Source: Somniosus microcephalus | Taxonomy: Eukaryota | Assembly: GCA_052327205.1 (NCBI GenBank) | Contig: CM126203.1 | Location: 54,932,001-54,996,000, forward strand | Direction of reading: 5' to 3' | DNA: 64,000 bases | Shown: positions 11,873-24,452 of the stretch, in pieces | Numbering within the stretch: the first letter of the stretch is position 1 | Layout: the number at the start of each line of letters is the position of its first letter | Position numbers and translations under genes: made by a program | The notes under the pieces: model-generated | What the model was told of the DNA's origin: nothing | What the model saw: only the letters and a program-made list of their open reading frames with translations | Databases searched by the model: none

Positions 11873-12278
11873 CCAACCCATCGCTCCTCCCCTACCTTCC
11901 TACTCTCCTTCCATTCCAGGCTTGAACCTTCCTTGAATGAGCCCACAGCTGCCTTCTGTGCCTCACTTGGCATTCTCTGAAGTGCCCATCGGGGCATCCA
12001 TTGTTGGCCCTTTATGAGCTGCAACCCCATCCTCTTTAGACATGAGCTACCTTACAATCTATTTTTTAGCAAAGCTTTCCGAAAAGAACTTAGCTTCCCA
12101 ACATGTTAAGTTGTGGATCAGTAGACAGACAAATGGTAATGACAATGTGAAATGGAAGTTCTATCAGAGACCCAAACAATGGTCAACCCGTTAGCCATGT
12201 CAGAATAATGCTTCACACTGTCTGCTGGAAACTTTTTTTGATTTCTGTGGGACAGGCTTTTAAAAATCAGAACATAAG

Positions 12279-12470
12279 TGTAGTGTATGTACCTTTAAGA
12301 GGAACTATGTTTTTGAAGCCCCTGTATACTGTAGTACCAGTAGTGGCCACTCGGGTATATAAGCCTGTGTAGCGTCTTGTGTAGTTCAGTTCACCTCCAG
12401 ACTTTGTTCAGTAAACACTTGTTAAATCAACTCCTGCATTCCATGTCTCCATTAACACATGGATCTAACA
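12279..12470 (+). repeat. 5' LTR of Gypsy A
   Basis: TG...CA ends, TATATAA box, direct repeat of 22234-22425. Confidence 0.95.
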
Positions 12471-12471
12471 G

Positions 12472-12481
12472 TGGCGACGAG
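12472..12481 (+). promoter_or_regulatory. Primer binding site, complementary to the tRNA-Ser(GCT) 3' end
   Basis: TGGCGACGAG is the reverse complement of ...CTCGTCGCCA. The same PBS is in B (21848-21857) and, as a 9-nt match, in C (50612-50620). Confidence 0.75.
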
Positions 12482-13063
12482 TTAGAAACAAACTTACCTG
12501 CAATTCGGCAGCACCTCAAGGGGATCGATTCCTCAGACGAAGGTCGAAGCCAGAAGCAAGAAAAAAACAACTGTGGTTTCACCAGCTAAACAGGCTGGTG
12601 GCAGGTAGTGCACTGATCTTTCCTGGGCTGCGGCGGGCTAGAGCTCAATCGGGTAGCTCTGCAACGGGGCCGGTCAGCGAGTCGGGAAGCAGAAGCAAAG
12701 AGAGAGAGAGGGTGGAGCACTCAGGATGCGGCCGGTGCTGCAAAGCAGGTCGGCGTTCGGACCAAGCAGAGGGAGGGGAAAGTCCCAGAGGGTCCGCTCC
12801 ACGACGGGAACGGTTCTCCAAGTAACAGAGAAACTATTGAAGAGATATATATAAAAAAAAATTTTTTTTAATAGAAATACCGCAAAAAGCTGCAGGTCGC
12901 AACGGGAACCGCGGAGAACAGCGTTGGCAGCAGCGGCAGCGGCGGGAAAGCGCGGGAGGCGCCATCTTAACTCGGCGGGGAAGAAAGAAAAGCGCGGGAG
13001 GTGCCATTTATATCCATCGGGGACGGAGGAAAAGCGCGGGAAGCGCCATTTTAGATTTTCAAC

Positions 13064-16000
13064 ATGGCGAAGACTGGCAATATTACTGCTTTCGATAGTG
13101 ATATAGAAGATTGGACCACATATGTGGAAAGTGTGGAGGTATATTGCAAGGCGAATGAAGTAGAGGATGATAAAAAGGCATCGGTACTTCTAAATCTGAT
13201 GGGCGCAAGGACATACGGGCTGTTACGAAACTTGATCACTCCAGCCAAACCGATGGACAAGAATTTTAAGGAGATTGTTGATACCTTACAGGAGCACTTA
13301 AACCCAACACCGCTGCTGATAGCGGAATGATTCAAATTCTTCAGGAGGAATCAACACAAGAATGAAAGTAACGCTGATTACCTCACCGAATTACGAAAGC
13401 TGTCAAAGCACTGCCAATTCGGGGCAGGACTGGCAGATTCTCTACGAGACAAATTCGTCTGCGGTCTCCTAAGCGAAGGAACACAGAAAAGACTACTTTC
13501 TGAGAAAGATTTGACACTGGACAAGGCTTTCAGTGTGGATGTATCATACGAAGCAGCAGCAAGAGGAGCTGCAGAGATAAAGCAAAAGCCACAGGACTTC
13601 GGCACCCATGAAATGACACGGGGTTCCAGAGATGTTATCGCTGCAGCAGATCCACCCATGACCAGAAGGACTGCTGGTTCAAGGACAAAGCATGCAGGCA
13701 ATGCGGAAAGATGGGACACATTGCACATGTATGCAGATCTGGAAAAAAATCCGCTGACAGTAAAAAGGTCAATAAGGAAAAGTACAGAAAGGTACAAATG
13801 ATGACGGACAGTAGCTCCGAAGACCAGAAGAGCAATAGCAACTCCGGAAACAAGAGACTAAGCTGTCTCAAATTACATAATGTAATTGCCAAAGAAGATT
13901 ACCAGACCATTTGGGTTACCCTCACGATAGCGGGGTCCCCAGTCTAAATGGAGCTAGATACAGGATCAGCTCTGACCGTCATGAGTCGACGGGATTATGA
14001 GCGGCTATTTCCGCATATACCTTTGAAAGACACATCCATTATCTTGAAGACATATACGGGGCAGAAAGTATACCCCAGAGGGAAAATAAGGGTGCCTGTT
14101 GTATACAACGGCAAGGAAATACAGAAGTTGTATTTATACGTTCTGCAAGATGGTGGTCCACCGTTGTTGGGACGTGAATGGATCAGAAAGATACGTTTAG
14201 ACTGACACTCCATTCAGGCACTGATGGTGACCAGTAAGAAAAAAAATGATGACGACGTCATACCTGGTCGATTAAAAGAAATTTTGGCTAACACCAAAGA
14301 AGTGTTTCAACAGGAACTAGGAACCCTGAAAGGTGCCACCACCGCAATAAAAGTGGAAGATGCGGCAATTCCCAAGTTTTTTAAGGCAAGGCTGGTGCCA
14401 TACGCAATTCATCCAGCCGTCAAGGCAGAGCTGGAGAATTTGGAAAAAGCAGGCGTGTTATCCAAGGTAGATTGGAGCGAGTGGGCAACACCCATCGTCC
14501 CGGTCATGAAGAAAACGTTGAATAATGATCAATCTGAAGAACAGAGAAAAATTCGCATCTGTGGGGACTTCAAGGTGACTGTAAACCCGGTTCTTCACAC
14601 GGTACAGTATCCTCTTCCGAGGATAGAAGATATTTTCGCCTCACTATCCGGAGGGAAACGTTTCACCAAAATTGACTTAGCACAGGCATATCTACAGATG
14701 GAGGTTGAGGAGGCCTGTAAAAAGTATCTCACGATAAACACACACAAAGGCCTGTACCAGTACAATCGACTGGTTTTCGGAGTGGCATCAGCTCCGGCTA
14801 TCTGGCAAAGAGCTATGGAGCAAGTCCTGCAAGGGATTCCGGGGACTCAATGCTACCTGGACGACATCCTTCTAACAGGAGAAAACGACAACGAGCACCT
14901 TGCCAACTTAGAGCAGGTGCTCACGAGGCTGAGAGAACGGGGCCTACGAGCAAATCGCCCCAAGTGTGAATTTTTCCAGAAACAAATATCATATTGTGGC
15001 CATGTCATTAACGAAGAAGGGTTGCATAAGTCAGCTGAAAAAATTGAAGCGGTCGTAAAGGCCCCAGCGCCTGAAAATGTCTCACAATTAAGGTCGTGCC
15101 TGGGATTAATAAATTACTATCATAAATTTTTACCAAACTTGTCGACGGTTCTGCACCCTCTTAATGCACTGCTACAAACGGGAGTAGTTTGGAAATGGAG
15201 CGAAGACTGTAAACGTGCCTTCCATAAATGCAAAGGCTTGATCACGTCCAGGGAAGTGTTGGCTCATTACAACCCATCACAGCCAATCAGGCTGGCGTGC
15301 GATGCATCCCCTTATGGCATGGGAGCGGTATTATCGCATAGATTCCCTGATGGCTCGGAGCGGCCGATAGCTTTTGCGTCACGCTCATTGAACTCAGCTG
15401 AGCGTAACTATGCCCAGATCGACAGGGAGGCACTCAGCCTGGTGTGGGGGGTGAAGAAATTCAACCATTACCTACACGGACAAAAGTTTACCTTGTTGAC
15501 TGACCATCAACCCCTCGTCTCCATATTCAACCCTAAAAAGGGCGTTCCCATTATGACAGCGCAAAGGCTACAGAGGTGGTCCCTTTTCCTAGGGGCACAC
15601 CAATATGACATAGAATACAAAGGAACAAAACAGCATGCGAATGCTGATGGGTTATCGCGCCTACCGTTGCCAACGGTAGAAGAGGCACCTACAGTGGACC
15701 CAGTGGAGATGTTCCACTCGACCATAGTGGAATGTCTACCGGTGACAAATTCTACCATTGAAAAGGAAACGAGAAATGACCCGACTCTCTCATGAGTCTA
15801 CGATTTAACGGTGAAGGGATGGCCAGCACATGGCGAACCACTGTTGCCAGCATTCTCGCAAAGAAGAGAACAGCTGTCAGTGTGCTGAGGAACCTTGATG
15901 TGTGGATCCAGAGTGGTGATTTCACCCAAACTCAAGGATAAAGTGCTGAAGGAGCTTCACGAGGGGCATCTGGGTGGAGTGAAAATGAAGAACTTAGCCA

Positions 16001-17010
16001 GAGCGTTTGTGTGGTGGCCAGGTATCGATGGAGACATCGAAGAAATGACCAAGAGCTGTCTAGGATGCCAGAAGGTCCAAAACGCCCCACCACAAGCCCC
16101 TCTACATCCATGGGAGTGGCCCTCATCTCCATGGCAAAGGGTACATATCGACTTTGCTGGTCCATTTATGGACTCAATGTTCTTAATTGCGGTGGATGCA
16201 CACTCCAAGTGGCTGGAGGTAATAAAGATGTCCTCCACCACCACGGAAAAAACCATCACAGTATTAAGGACCATATTCGCCAGGAATGGGCTGCCTGAAC
16301 AGATCTGTTCCGATAATGGACCGCAATTTGTATCCGAAGAATTCAGGAAGTTCTTAAAAAACAATGGGGTTAAGCACTACACGTCCGCCCCATGCCATCC
16401 CGCCACCAATGGATTAGCTGAAAGGTTTGTCCAGACCTTCAAGAAGGCCATAAAGGCCATGGGTAATGAAGACATAAATCTACAACATAAGGTAGATAAC
16501 TTCTTGTTTGCGTACAGGAATGCAACACATGTGGTTACAAACCAAACCTCCGCCATGATGTTTTTCAATAGAAGACTAAGATGCCGGCTGGATTTGGTCA
16601 AGCCAAACGTCAGAAGGGACGTAGAGAACCGGCAATTTCAAAGCATGAATGAAAGGCCAACTAGAACCTTCCAGATAGGTCAACCAGTTTTGGCCCGGGA
16701 CTACCGTACCGAGAAATGGCAGCCTGGAACTATTTGCACACGACTAGGACCGCTGATGTATACCGTGGACATTGGAGAAAGCATAATAAGGCGCCATGCT
16801 GACCAGATCATAGAGTCATCCGAAAAAGGACAACCTACACCACAACTCTATACGCCTAGTGATGAAGCAGAGATACCCATAGTATCTACCTCCGATCCGG
16901 TGATACTGGAACCAGATGAACCCGACACTGGCATTGAAGCCGAATCGACCTTGCCAAAAGAACCTACTACACCACCGAAACCTACTACACCACCGAGGCA
17001 TTATCCGGAC
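13064..17010 (+). pseudogene. gag-pol: gag-pol of Gypsy A (gag with two CCHC knuckles, PR, RT, RNase H, IN); last codons resume at 22098-22133
   Basis: ELDTGS protease, YLDD RT, ACDASPYG RNase H, integrase HIDFAGP/SDNGPQF/ERFVQT; several stops and frameshifts. Confidence 0.93.
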
Positions 17011-17244
17011 TGTTAATTCTGTGTGTTCTAGTTGTAATTACTAACACAGACTACAAGATTAAAGTTCAACAGGTCTTTACTGGTTGGAGGTCAGGACTAT
17101 ACTAAATACAATATTACTACACAGTGCTTATATACCGGTGGTCACCACCGGTATTACGTATACAGCAGCCAGAGAAAGTAGTACATCTCTTAAGGTGGAA
17201 CAGGCTTAAGTTCTCTTAAGGTGGAACAGGTTACATACACCACA
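17011..17244 (-). repeat. 3' LTR of Gypsy B
   Basis: Direct repeat of 21859-22092, adjacent to the PPT. Confidence 0.95.
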
Positions 17245-17322
17245 ATCCTCCCTTTTTAGCTTAACAGTCATATCCCCATTTAACATAACATAATAACATA
17301 TATAACTTCAGGTATAAACAGT

Positions 17323-20300
17323 TCAAAGGTTCAGTCTCTCAGGAGGCCTTCTGATTCGGTTTGGATAACGCCTTTCAGTGGTCTCTGATTCCTGTTGCTG
17401 AGGTGACTCCTCTAGTTGGTCTCCCATGCATTGGGTGTTATCATCATCAGGTACATTCCCTGCCGAGGTAGATGCTTCAGGTTCATTAATGTATTCCACA
17501 GTTGTCTCTGTCGCAACCATGGGTTTGACCCTTGCTCTCGATTCTACCAGTTGATCCGCATGATGCCTTATCACATTGTTACCAATATCTATTGTGTACA
17601 TCAGAGGTCCTTGTCTGGCCCGAATTGTTCCGGACTGCCATTTTTCGTTTCCATAGCCCCTTGCCAACACTGGTTGTCCTACGTCGAAACTTCGAGTGGT
17701 CTTGTTATTAATATGCCGGAACTGTTTGTTTTCCACTTCCCTCCGCACATTTGGTTTTAACAAGTCCAACCTGGACCGCAACCTCCTGTTATAAAACATC
17801 ATGGCAGGACTTTGGTTAGTCACTGCATGAGCGGCGTTTCGATATGCCATTAGGAAATTGTCCACCTTGTGCTGTAGCGGAATCTGATCATCGTTCATGG
17901 CCTTTATTGCCTTTTTGAATGTTTGGACAAATCTCTCGGCCAACCCGTTTGTCACCGGATGATATGGGGCAGAGGTATAATGTTTCACGCCATTCTTCTT
18001 CAAGAATTTTTGGAATTCTTCCGACACGAACTGTGGTCCGTTGTCCGAACAGATCTGTTCTGGCAATCCGTTCCTTGCGAATATTGTTCTTAACACCGCA
18101 ATTGTCTTTTCTGAAGTAGTGGTATTCATCTTGATCACTTCTGGCCATTTGGAATGTGCATCCACCGCAATTAGGAACATGGAGTCCATGAATGGACCAG
18201 CAAAGTCAATATGTACGCGTTGCCATGGGGCTGAAGGCCATTCCCATGGGTGTAGTGGTGCGATCGGAGGTGCATTTTGCATTTTTGGCACCCAGCGCAG
18301 CTTTTCGTCAATTTCTCTATCTGTTGGTCAATACCCGGCCACCATACATAAGCCCTAGCAAGACTTTTCATCTTAACTCCCCCCAGATGACCTTCATGCA
18401 GTTCTTTTAGAACTCTTTCCCTTAACTTGGGAGGAATAATCACTCTTGTCCCGTACATCAAAGTACCATGGCAGACGGACAGCTGGTCTCGCCTTGCCGA
18501 GAATGCCGGTAACAGAGGATCACCACATGTTGGCCATCCTTTCACTGTCACCTCGTAGACTCTGGACAGTGTCGGGTCGTTCCTGGTTTCTCTTTCAATA
18601 CTTGCATTGTTGACTGGTAAACACTCGATGATGGTCGAATGAAATAACTCAACAGGGTCAACTTTCGTCGTTTCTTCTTCTTCAGGTAGTGGCAGGCGCG
18701 ACAGCCCATCAGCATTGCCATGCTGCTTCGTACCTTTGAATTCTATTTAATATTGATGTGCCCCTAGGAAAAGGGACCATCTCTGGAGAAGCTGTGCTGT
18801 CATCACTGAAACACCCTTCTTAGGGTTAAAAATGGATACCAACGGCTGATGGTCTGTCAGAAGTGTGAATTTTTGGCCCTGCAGGTAATGATTAAACTTC
18901 TTCACTCCCCATACAAGGCTGAGAGCCTCCCTATCGATCTGCGCATAGTTGCGCTCAGCGGAGGTCAATGATCTGGATGCAAACGCGACTGGCCTTTCCG
19001 TGCCATTTGGCAACTTGTGTGAGAGTACTGCCCCAATACCATATGGAGAAGCATTACAAGCCAACCGAATAGGCAGTGTCGGGTTGAAGTGAGCCAACAC
19101 TTCCTCTGAGGTGATCAATTCTTTGCTTTTGCGAAATGCCTTCTTACAGTTTTCGCTCCATTCCCATGGTACCCCCTTCTGTAAAAGAGCGTTTAGCGGG
19201 TGCAGTACCGTGGATAGATTTGGTAGAAATTTATGGTAATAGTTAATTAATCCTAGAAACGACCTCAACTGAGAGACATTATCCGGAGCGGGAGCCTTTA
19301 CAACTGCCTCTATCTTGTCAGGAGACTTATGAAGCCCCTCCCGGTCAATGACATGACCACAGTACGAGATCCACTTCTGGAAGAACTCACATTTCTGCCG
19401 ATTAACTCTAAGTCCATACTCTTTCAGTCTGTTGAGCACCAGTTCCAAGTTTGCGAGGTGTTCTTCATCACCATCACCTGTAATCAGAATATCGTCCAGG
19501 TAACATTGTGTGCCTGGAATTCCCTGTAATACCTGCTCCATGGCCCTCTGCCAAATTGCTGGAGCCGATGCCACTCCAAAAACCAGCCTATTGTACCGGT
19601 ACAAACCTCGATGCGTGTTGATCGTGAGGTATTGGCGTGACTCTTCTTCAACCTCCATCTGCAAGTACGCCTGCGCCAGGTCTATCCTGGTGAAGTGTTT
19701 CCCGCCAGACAACGAAGCAAAAATATCCTCAATCCGCGGAAGCGGATACTGCACCGTGTGAAGCACCGGATTAACGGTGATTTTGAAATCTCCACAGATG
19801 CGAACCTTCCCTGGTTCTCCTGGCTTGTTGCTCGAAGGACGTTTCATAATGGGAACAATGGGCATAGCCCACTCACTCCAATCTACCTTAGACAGTACAC
19901 CTGAACGTTCTAGCGCTTCCAGTTCCGCTTCTACAGTAGGTCGTATTGCATAGGGTACCGGTCTGGCTTTAAAATTTTTTGGGTGTGCATGTTCATCAAT
20001 CTTGATGTTTGCCGTAATTCCTCTCAGTGTTCCCAGTCCCTGCTGGAACACCTCTTTAGCATCATCCAATATTTTGGACAATCGTTTAGGTTTGACATCT
20101 GTTTCCCCGGAATCTACTGTTAGTGCCTTCAAGGAGTGCCAGTCCATATTCATTTTCCTAATCCAATCCCGTCCCAGTAGTGGTGGACCTCCTTCAGGTA
20201 GCACATATAAGTCCATTACTTGGCTTTCTTCGCCCTTGTGGACCACTTTTACCTCTATCTTTCCAATGGGGTACACTCTTTGCCCCGTGTATGTTTTCAA

Positions 20301-21278
20301 TATAATCTCCATATCCCGTAGGGGAATATGTTGGAATAACCTTTTGTAATCTTTCTTATTCATGACCGTCAATGCCGATCCAGTGTCCAGTTCCATCTTT
20401 ACTTGGACTCCTGCTATCTGAAGGGTGACCCAAATTGTCTGGAGATCTGCATCCTTACCAACGTTGTGTACTCTTAAGCTACCCAGTTCATTACTGCTAG
20501 CGTCTGAATCTGACTTCTGTTCGGTCGAACTGTTCTTTGTCACCTTGTGTACCTTTATGTATTTTCCTTGCGGTGACTTTTTGTTGCTGGTCTTCTTTCC
20601 TGACCGGCATACTTTAGCTATGTGGCCAAGCCTGCCACACGTTCTGCATTCTTGGTTTTTAAACCAACACTGGTTCTGATCATGCGTTGTCATTCCACAA
20701 CGATAACATTTTACAGTACTCAAACCCAATTTATTTGTACTGAGTTCCGGTGACCGTAGCTGCATTACTGCCGTGCCTCTCGCTGCGGCTTCGTGTGCTG
20801 CTGCCATAGTGACCGCTTTCTCAAGCGTCAGCTCATTCTCCTCGAGCAGTCGCTTTTGTGTATCTTCTTTTAATAAACCACACACAAATTTATCTCGTAG
20901 CGCCTCTGTCAGTCTCGTTCCAAACTGACAGTACTTTGCTAGCTTACGCAATTCCATGAAATATTCAGCATTGCTTTCATCCTTCAGCTGCCTTCTGCTG
21001 TAAAATTTAAATCGTTCTGCTAGCATCAGCGGCGTGGGGTTTAGATGATTTTTCAAGACAGTAACAATCTCCTCGAACGTCTTATCCGCCGGTTCATCTG
21101 GTGATAAAAGGTGTTTCAATTGCCCGTATGTCTTCGCACCCATTAAGTTTAATAATGTTAGTGCTTTCGCTTCATCTGGGATTTTATTTGCTTTACAATA
21201 GTTTTGTATGCATTCTACATACATGGCCCAATCTTCGATGTCGCTATCAAAGGTATTAATGTTCCCATGTTTAGGCAT
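17323..21278 (-). pseudogene. gag-pol: Single gag-pol ORF of Gypsy B with one nonsense codon (18747-18749) and one frameshift (~18300)
   Basis: 843-aa ORF with CYRCGMTTHDQNQC and CRTCGRLGHIAKVC knuckles, ELDTGS and YLDD; integrase ORF 17323-18291. Confidence 0.95.
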
Positions 21279-21858
21279 CGTTGCAATTTAATTTATTTTT
21301 ATTTTTATCCAAGATGGCGGCTTCCCGCTCTTGTCTTCATCCTCCGCCTACAAAATGGCGGTTTTCCCGTGCTTGGCGGTCTTCACCCGTCCCCCGACGC
21401 TGTCTCCGCTTCACCGCGGCTCTCGCGCCTTCAGTTGCCCCAGACGCTGCGCCTTTTTAGCCCGAATGCGGCCCAGCCCTTATCACCAGCCGCGATCGAT
21501 GTCCCCGTGCTGCGCCTTTCGGCCCGAATGCGGCCCGGCCCTTATCTCCGGTCGCGATCGATCTCACCGCCCTTATTCCTCCGTCTTCCCTCCCCGTCTG
21601 TACAGCCAACGCGGCCGACTTTCTGGTCGCATCGCTGCCCGGCTTACCCACCACCGAGGTAGAAAGAAGATAGCTGACAGCCGCTGATGGAGGCTTCGAG
21701 TTCAGGATGTCTTCTGCACTCTGGTTTCTCGATGTCTGCCGCGCGGCGTGTCTTCCAGCAGGGTGATGAGGGTGGAAGCCTCTCTTCGACGTCCGTTCTG
21801 TGGACGAAGCCGCCGTGGATATAAACTGCCGCAGGGTAAGAATCGGACTCGTCGCCAC

Positions 21859-22092
21859 TGTTAAGTCTGTGTGTTCTAATTGTAATTACTAACACAGACT
21901 ACAAGATTAAAGTTCAACAGGTCTTTACTGGTTGGAGGTCAGGACTATACTAAATACAATATTACTACACAGTGCTTATATACCGGTGGTCACCACCGGT
22001 ATTACATATACAGCAGCCAGAGAAAGTAGTACATCTCTTAAGGTGGAACAGGCTTAAGTTCTCTTAAGGTGGAACAGGTTACATACACCACA
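21859..22092 (-). repeat. 5' LTR of Gypsy B
   Basis: Followed on the minus strand by PBS TGGCGACGAG. Confidence 0.95.
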
Positions 22093-22233
22093 CGGACCGA
22101 GTCAGGAAGCCTCCAGAGAGACTGAATTTGTAATTGATTAACTTCAGCAAATGTGTAGATTATTGTTCTTGTAAAAATGTTATTTAATGATTACTTAAAA
22201 TGTTATGTACTATTTATCTAAAAGGGGAGGAAT

Positions 22234-22425
22234 TGTAGTGTATGTACCTTTAAGAGGAACTATGTTTTTGAAGCCCCTGTATACTGTAGTACCAGTAGTG
22301 ACCACTCGGGTATATAAGCCTGTGTAGCATCTTGTGTAGTTCAGTTCACCTCCAGACTTTGTTCAGTAAACACTTGTTAAATCAACTCCTGCATTCCGTG
22401 TCTCCATTAACACACGGATCTAATA
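22234..22425 (+). repeat. 3' LTR of Gypsy A
   Basis: Preceded by the PPT; terminal CA mutated to TA; followed by TSD ATAAG. Confidence 0.95.
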
Positions 22426-22689
22426 ATAAGTCCACCAAGGGGCAGTCAAGAAGCGGTAGATTGCAAAGTGAGTAAACCAATGTCCTGGGTGGAAGGACTG
22501 GGTACAGATGAGATTGTGCTTTTAAGTTGAGTTAGACAACCCACTGGAGGGGCTTGCCATTCGAGTATTCTTTACTTTTGTAATAGCAATAGTGATGAAG
22601 TTGTAGTAAATGTCTCTTGTCATATATGTTTTGCCTACTATGAAATAAAGCAGTTTACATCAAACCGAGCATTGTCTCAGCTAGACCAA

Positions 22690-24074
22690 TGCGGCCAGTT
22701 ACCGCCCCATCAGTCTACTCTCAATGATCAGCAAAGTGAATGAAGGTGTCATCGACAGTGCTATCAAACGTCACTTACTCACCAATAACCTGCTCACCGA
22801 TGCCCAGTTTGGGTTCCGCCAAGACCACTCAGCTCCCGACCTCATTACAGCCTTGGTCCAAACATGGACTAAGAAGCTGAATTCCAGAGGTGAGGTGAGA
22901 GTGACTGCTCTTGACATCAAGGCAGCATTTGACTAAGTGTGGCATCAAGGAGCCCTAGTAAAACTGTTCAATGGGAATCGGGGGGGAAAACGCTCCACTG
23001 GCTGGAGTCATACCTAGCATAAAGGAAGATGGTTGTGGTGGTTGAAGATCAATCATCACAGCCCCAGGACATCGCTGCAGGAGCTCCTCAGGGCAGTTTC
23101 CTAGCCCAACCATCTTCAGCTGCTTCATCAATGACCTTCCCTCCAACATACGGTCCGAAATGGGGATGTTCGCTGATGGCTGCACAGTGTTCAGTGCCAT
23201 TCACAACTCCTCAGATAATAAAGCAGTCCATGCTCGCAAGCAGCAAGACCTGGTCGACGTTCAGGCTTGAGCTGCTAAGTGGCAGGTAACATTTGCACCA
23301 CACAAGTGCCAGGCAATGACTATCTCCAACAAGCGCGAGTCTAACCACCGCCCCTCGACATTCAATGGCATTACCATCACCGAATCCCCTACCATCAACA
23401 TACTGGTGGTCACCATTGACCAGAAACTTAACTGGACCAGCCACATAAATACTGTGGCAACAAGAGCAGGTCAGAGGCTAGGTATGCAGCGGCGAGTGTC
23501 TCACCTCCTGACTCCCCAAAGCCTTTCCGCCATCTACAAGGCACAAGTAAGGAGTGTGATGGAATACTCTCCACTTGCCTGGATGAGTGCAGCTCCAACA
23601 ACACTCAAGAAGCTCAACACAATCCAGGACAAAGCAGCCCGCTTGATTGGCACCCCATCCACCATCTTAAACATTCACTCCCTCCACCAGCGGCGTACCG
23701 TGGCTGCAGTCTGTACCATCTACTAGATGCACTGCAGCAATTCGCCAAGGCTTCTTCGGCAGCACCTCCCAAACCCGCAAACCCTTCCACCTAGAAGGAT
23801 AAGGGCAGCAGGCGCATGGGAACACCACCACCTCCACGTTCCCCTCCAAGTCACACACCAACCTGACTTGTAAGTATATCGCCGATTCTTCATCGTGGCA
23901 GGGTCAAAAACCCGGAACTCCCTACCTAACAGCACTGTGGGAGTACCTTCACCACACGGACTGCAGCGGTTCAAGAAGGGAGCTCACCACCATCTTCTCC
24001 AGGGCAATTTGGGATGGACAATAAATGCTGGCTTTGCCAGCGATGCCCACATCCCATAAACAAATTTAAAAAAA
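22690..24074 (+). mobile_element. 5'-truncated copy of the tRNA-headed LINE family (RT to tail)
   Basis: Highly similar to 4170-5515; ends in an A-rich tail. Confidence 0.9.
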
Positions 24075-24308
24075 CTAGTGTTAACTCGGCCAATTCAAAG
24101 AGATTGAAGGAAGACACAGAGATCTGGTCCAGAACACAAGGGAGTTTCATTGTTACAGTCCTGGGTTCTGCTACTGTGCTAGTAGATATGAGGCAGTGGG
24201 AGGTAACATCCATAAGAAGCAGGTGATAGATCACTTAAGGGAGCAGCTGACATCATGGACACACTGCAGCTGACCCAAATTCATAATAATTGGTGCCAGC
24301 AACCTGGT

Positions 24309-24452
24309 TTACCGAGCTACACTGATGACAAAGACAATTCAAAAAACTTAAATTTTATTAGTGAACAAAACAGAAATGGTAATACTTAATAAAATGTTGA
24401 CTAGTTTGAAAGAGGCAGAAATTTAAATGGCATGTTTTAGCAGTGGAAGAAA
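24309..24452 (+). repeat. Left copy of ~143-bp direct repeat flanking RTE (putative long TSD)
   Basis: About 95% identical to 25496-25638. Confidence 0.9.

Larger units (their letters stand above)
17011..22092 (-). mobile_element. Ty3/Gypsy LTR retrotransposon B, full length, nested in A
   Basis: 234-bp LTRs 17011-17244 and 21859-22092 (about 3 mismatches); TSD CGGAC (17006-17010, 22093-22097); PBS 21848-21857; PPT 17245-17257. Confidence 0.97.
12279..22425 (+). mobile_element. Ty3/Gypsy LTR retrotransposon A (Mag-like), full length, interrupted by element B
   Basis: 192-bp LTRs 12279-12470 and 22234-22425 (about 5 mismatches); TSD ATAAG (12274-12278, 22426-22430); PBS TGGCGACGAG; PPT AAAAGGGGAGGAA. 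Confidence 0.97.

Noticed and set aside
16963-16998. 18-bp tandem repeat (PTTPPK/PTTPPR)
   Set aside because: Simple duplication in the disordered integrase tail; also present in element C.
17245-17322. Possible env or extra ORF between pol and the 3' LTR
   Set aside because: The interval is only ~80-100 bp in all three Gypsy elements.
21204-21895. ORFs in the Gypsy B leader (possible accessory or antisense gene)
   Set aside because: Low-complexity products of a GC-rich 5' UTR, not conserved in A or C.
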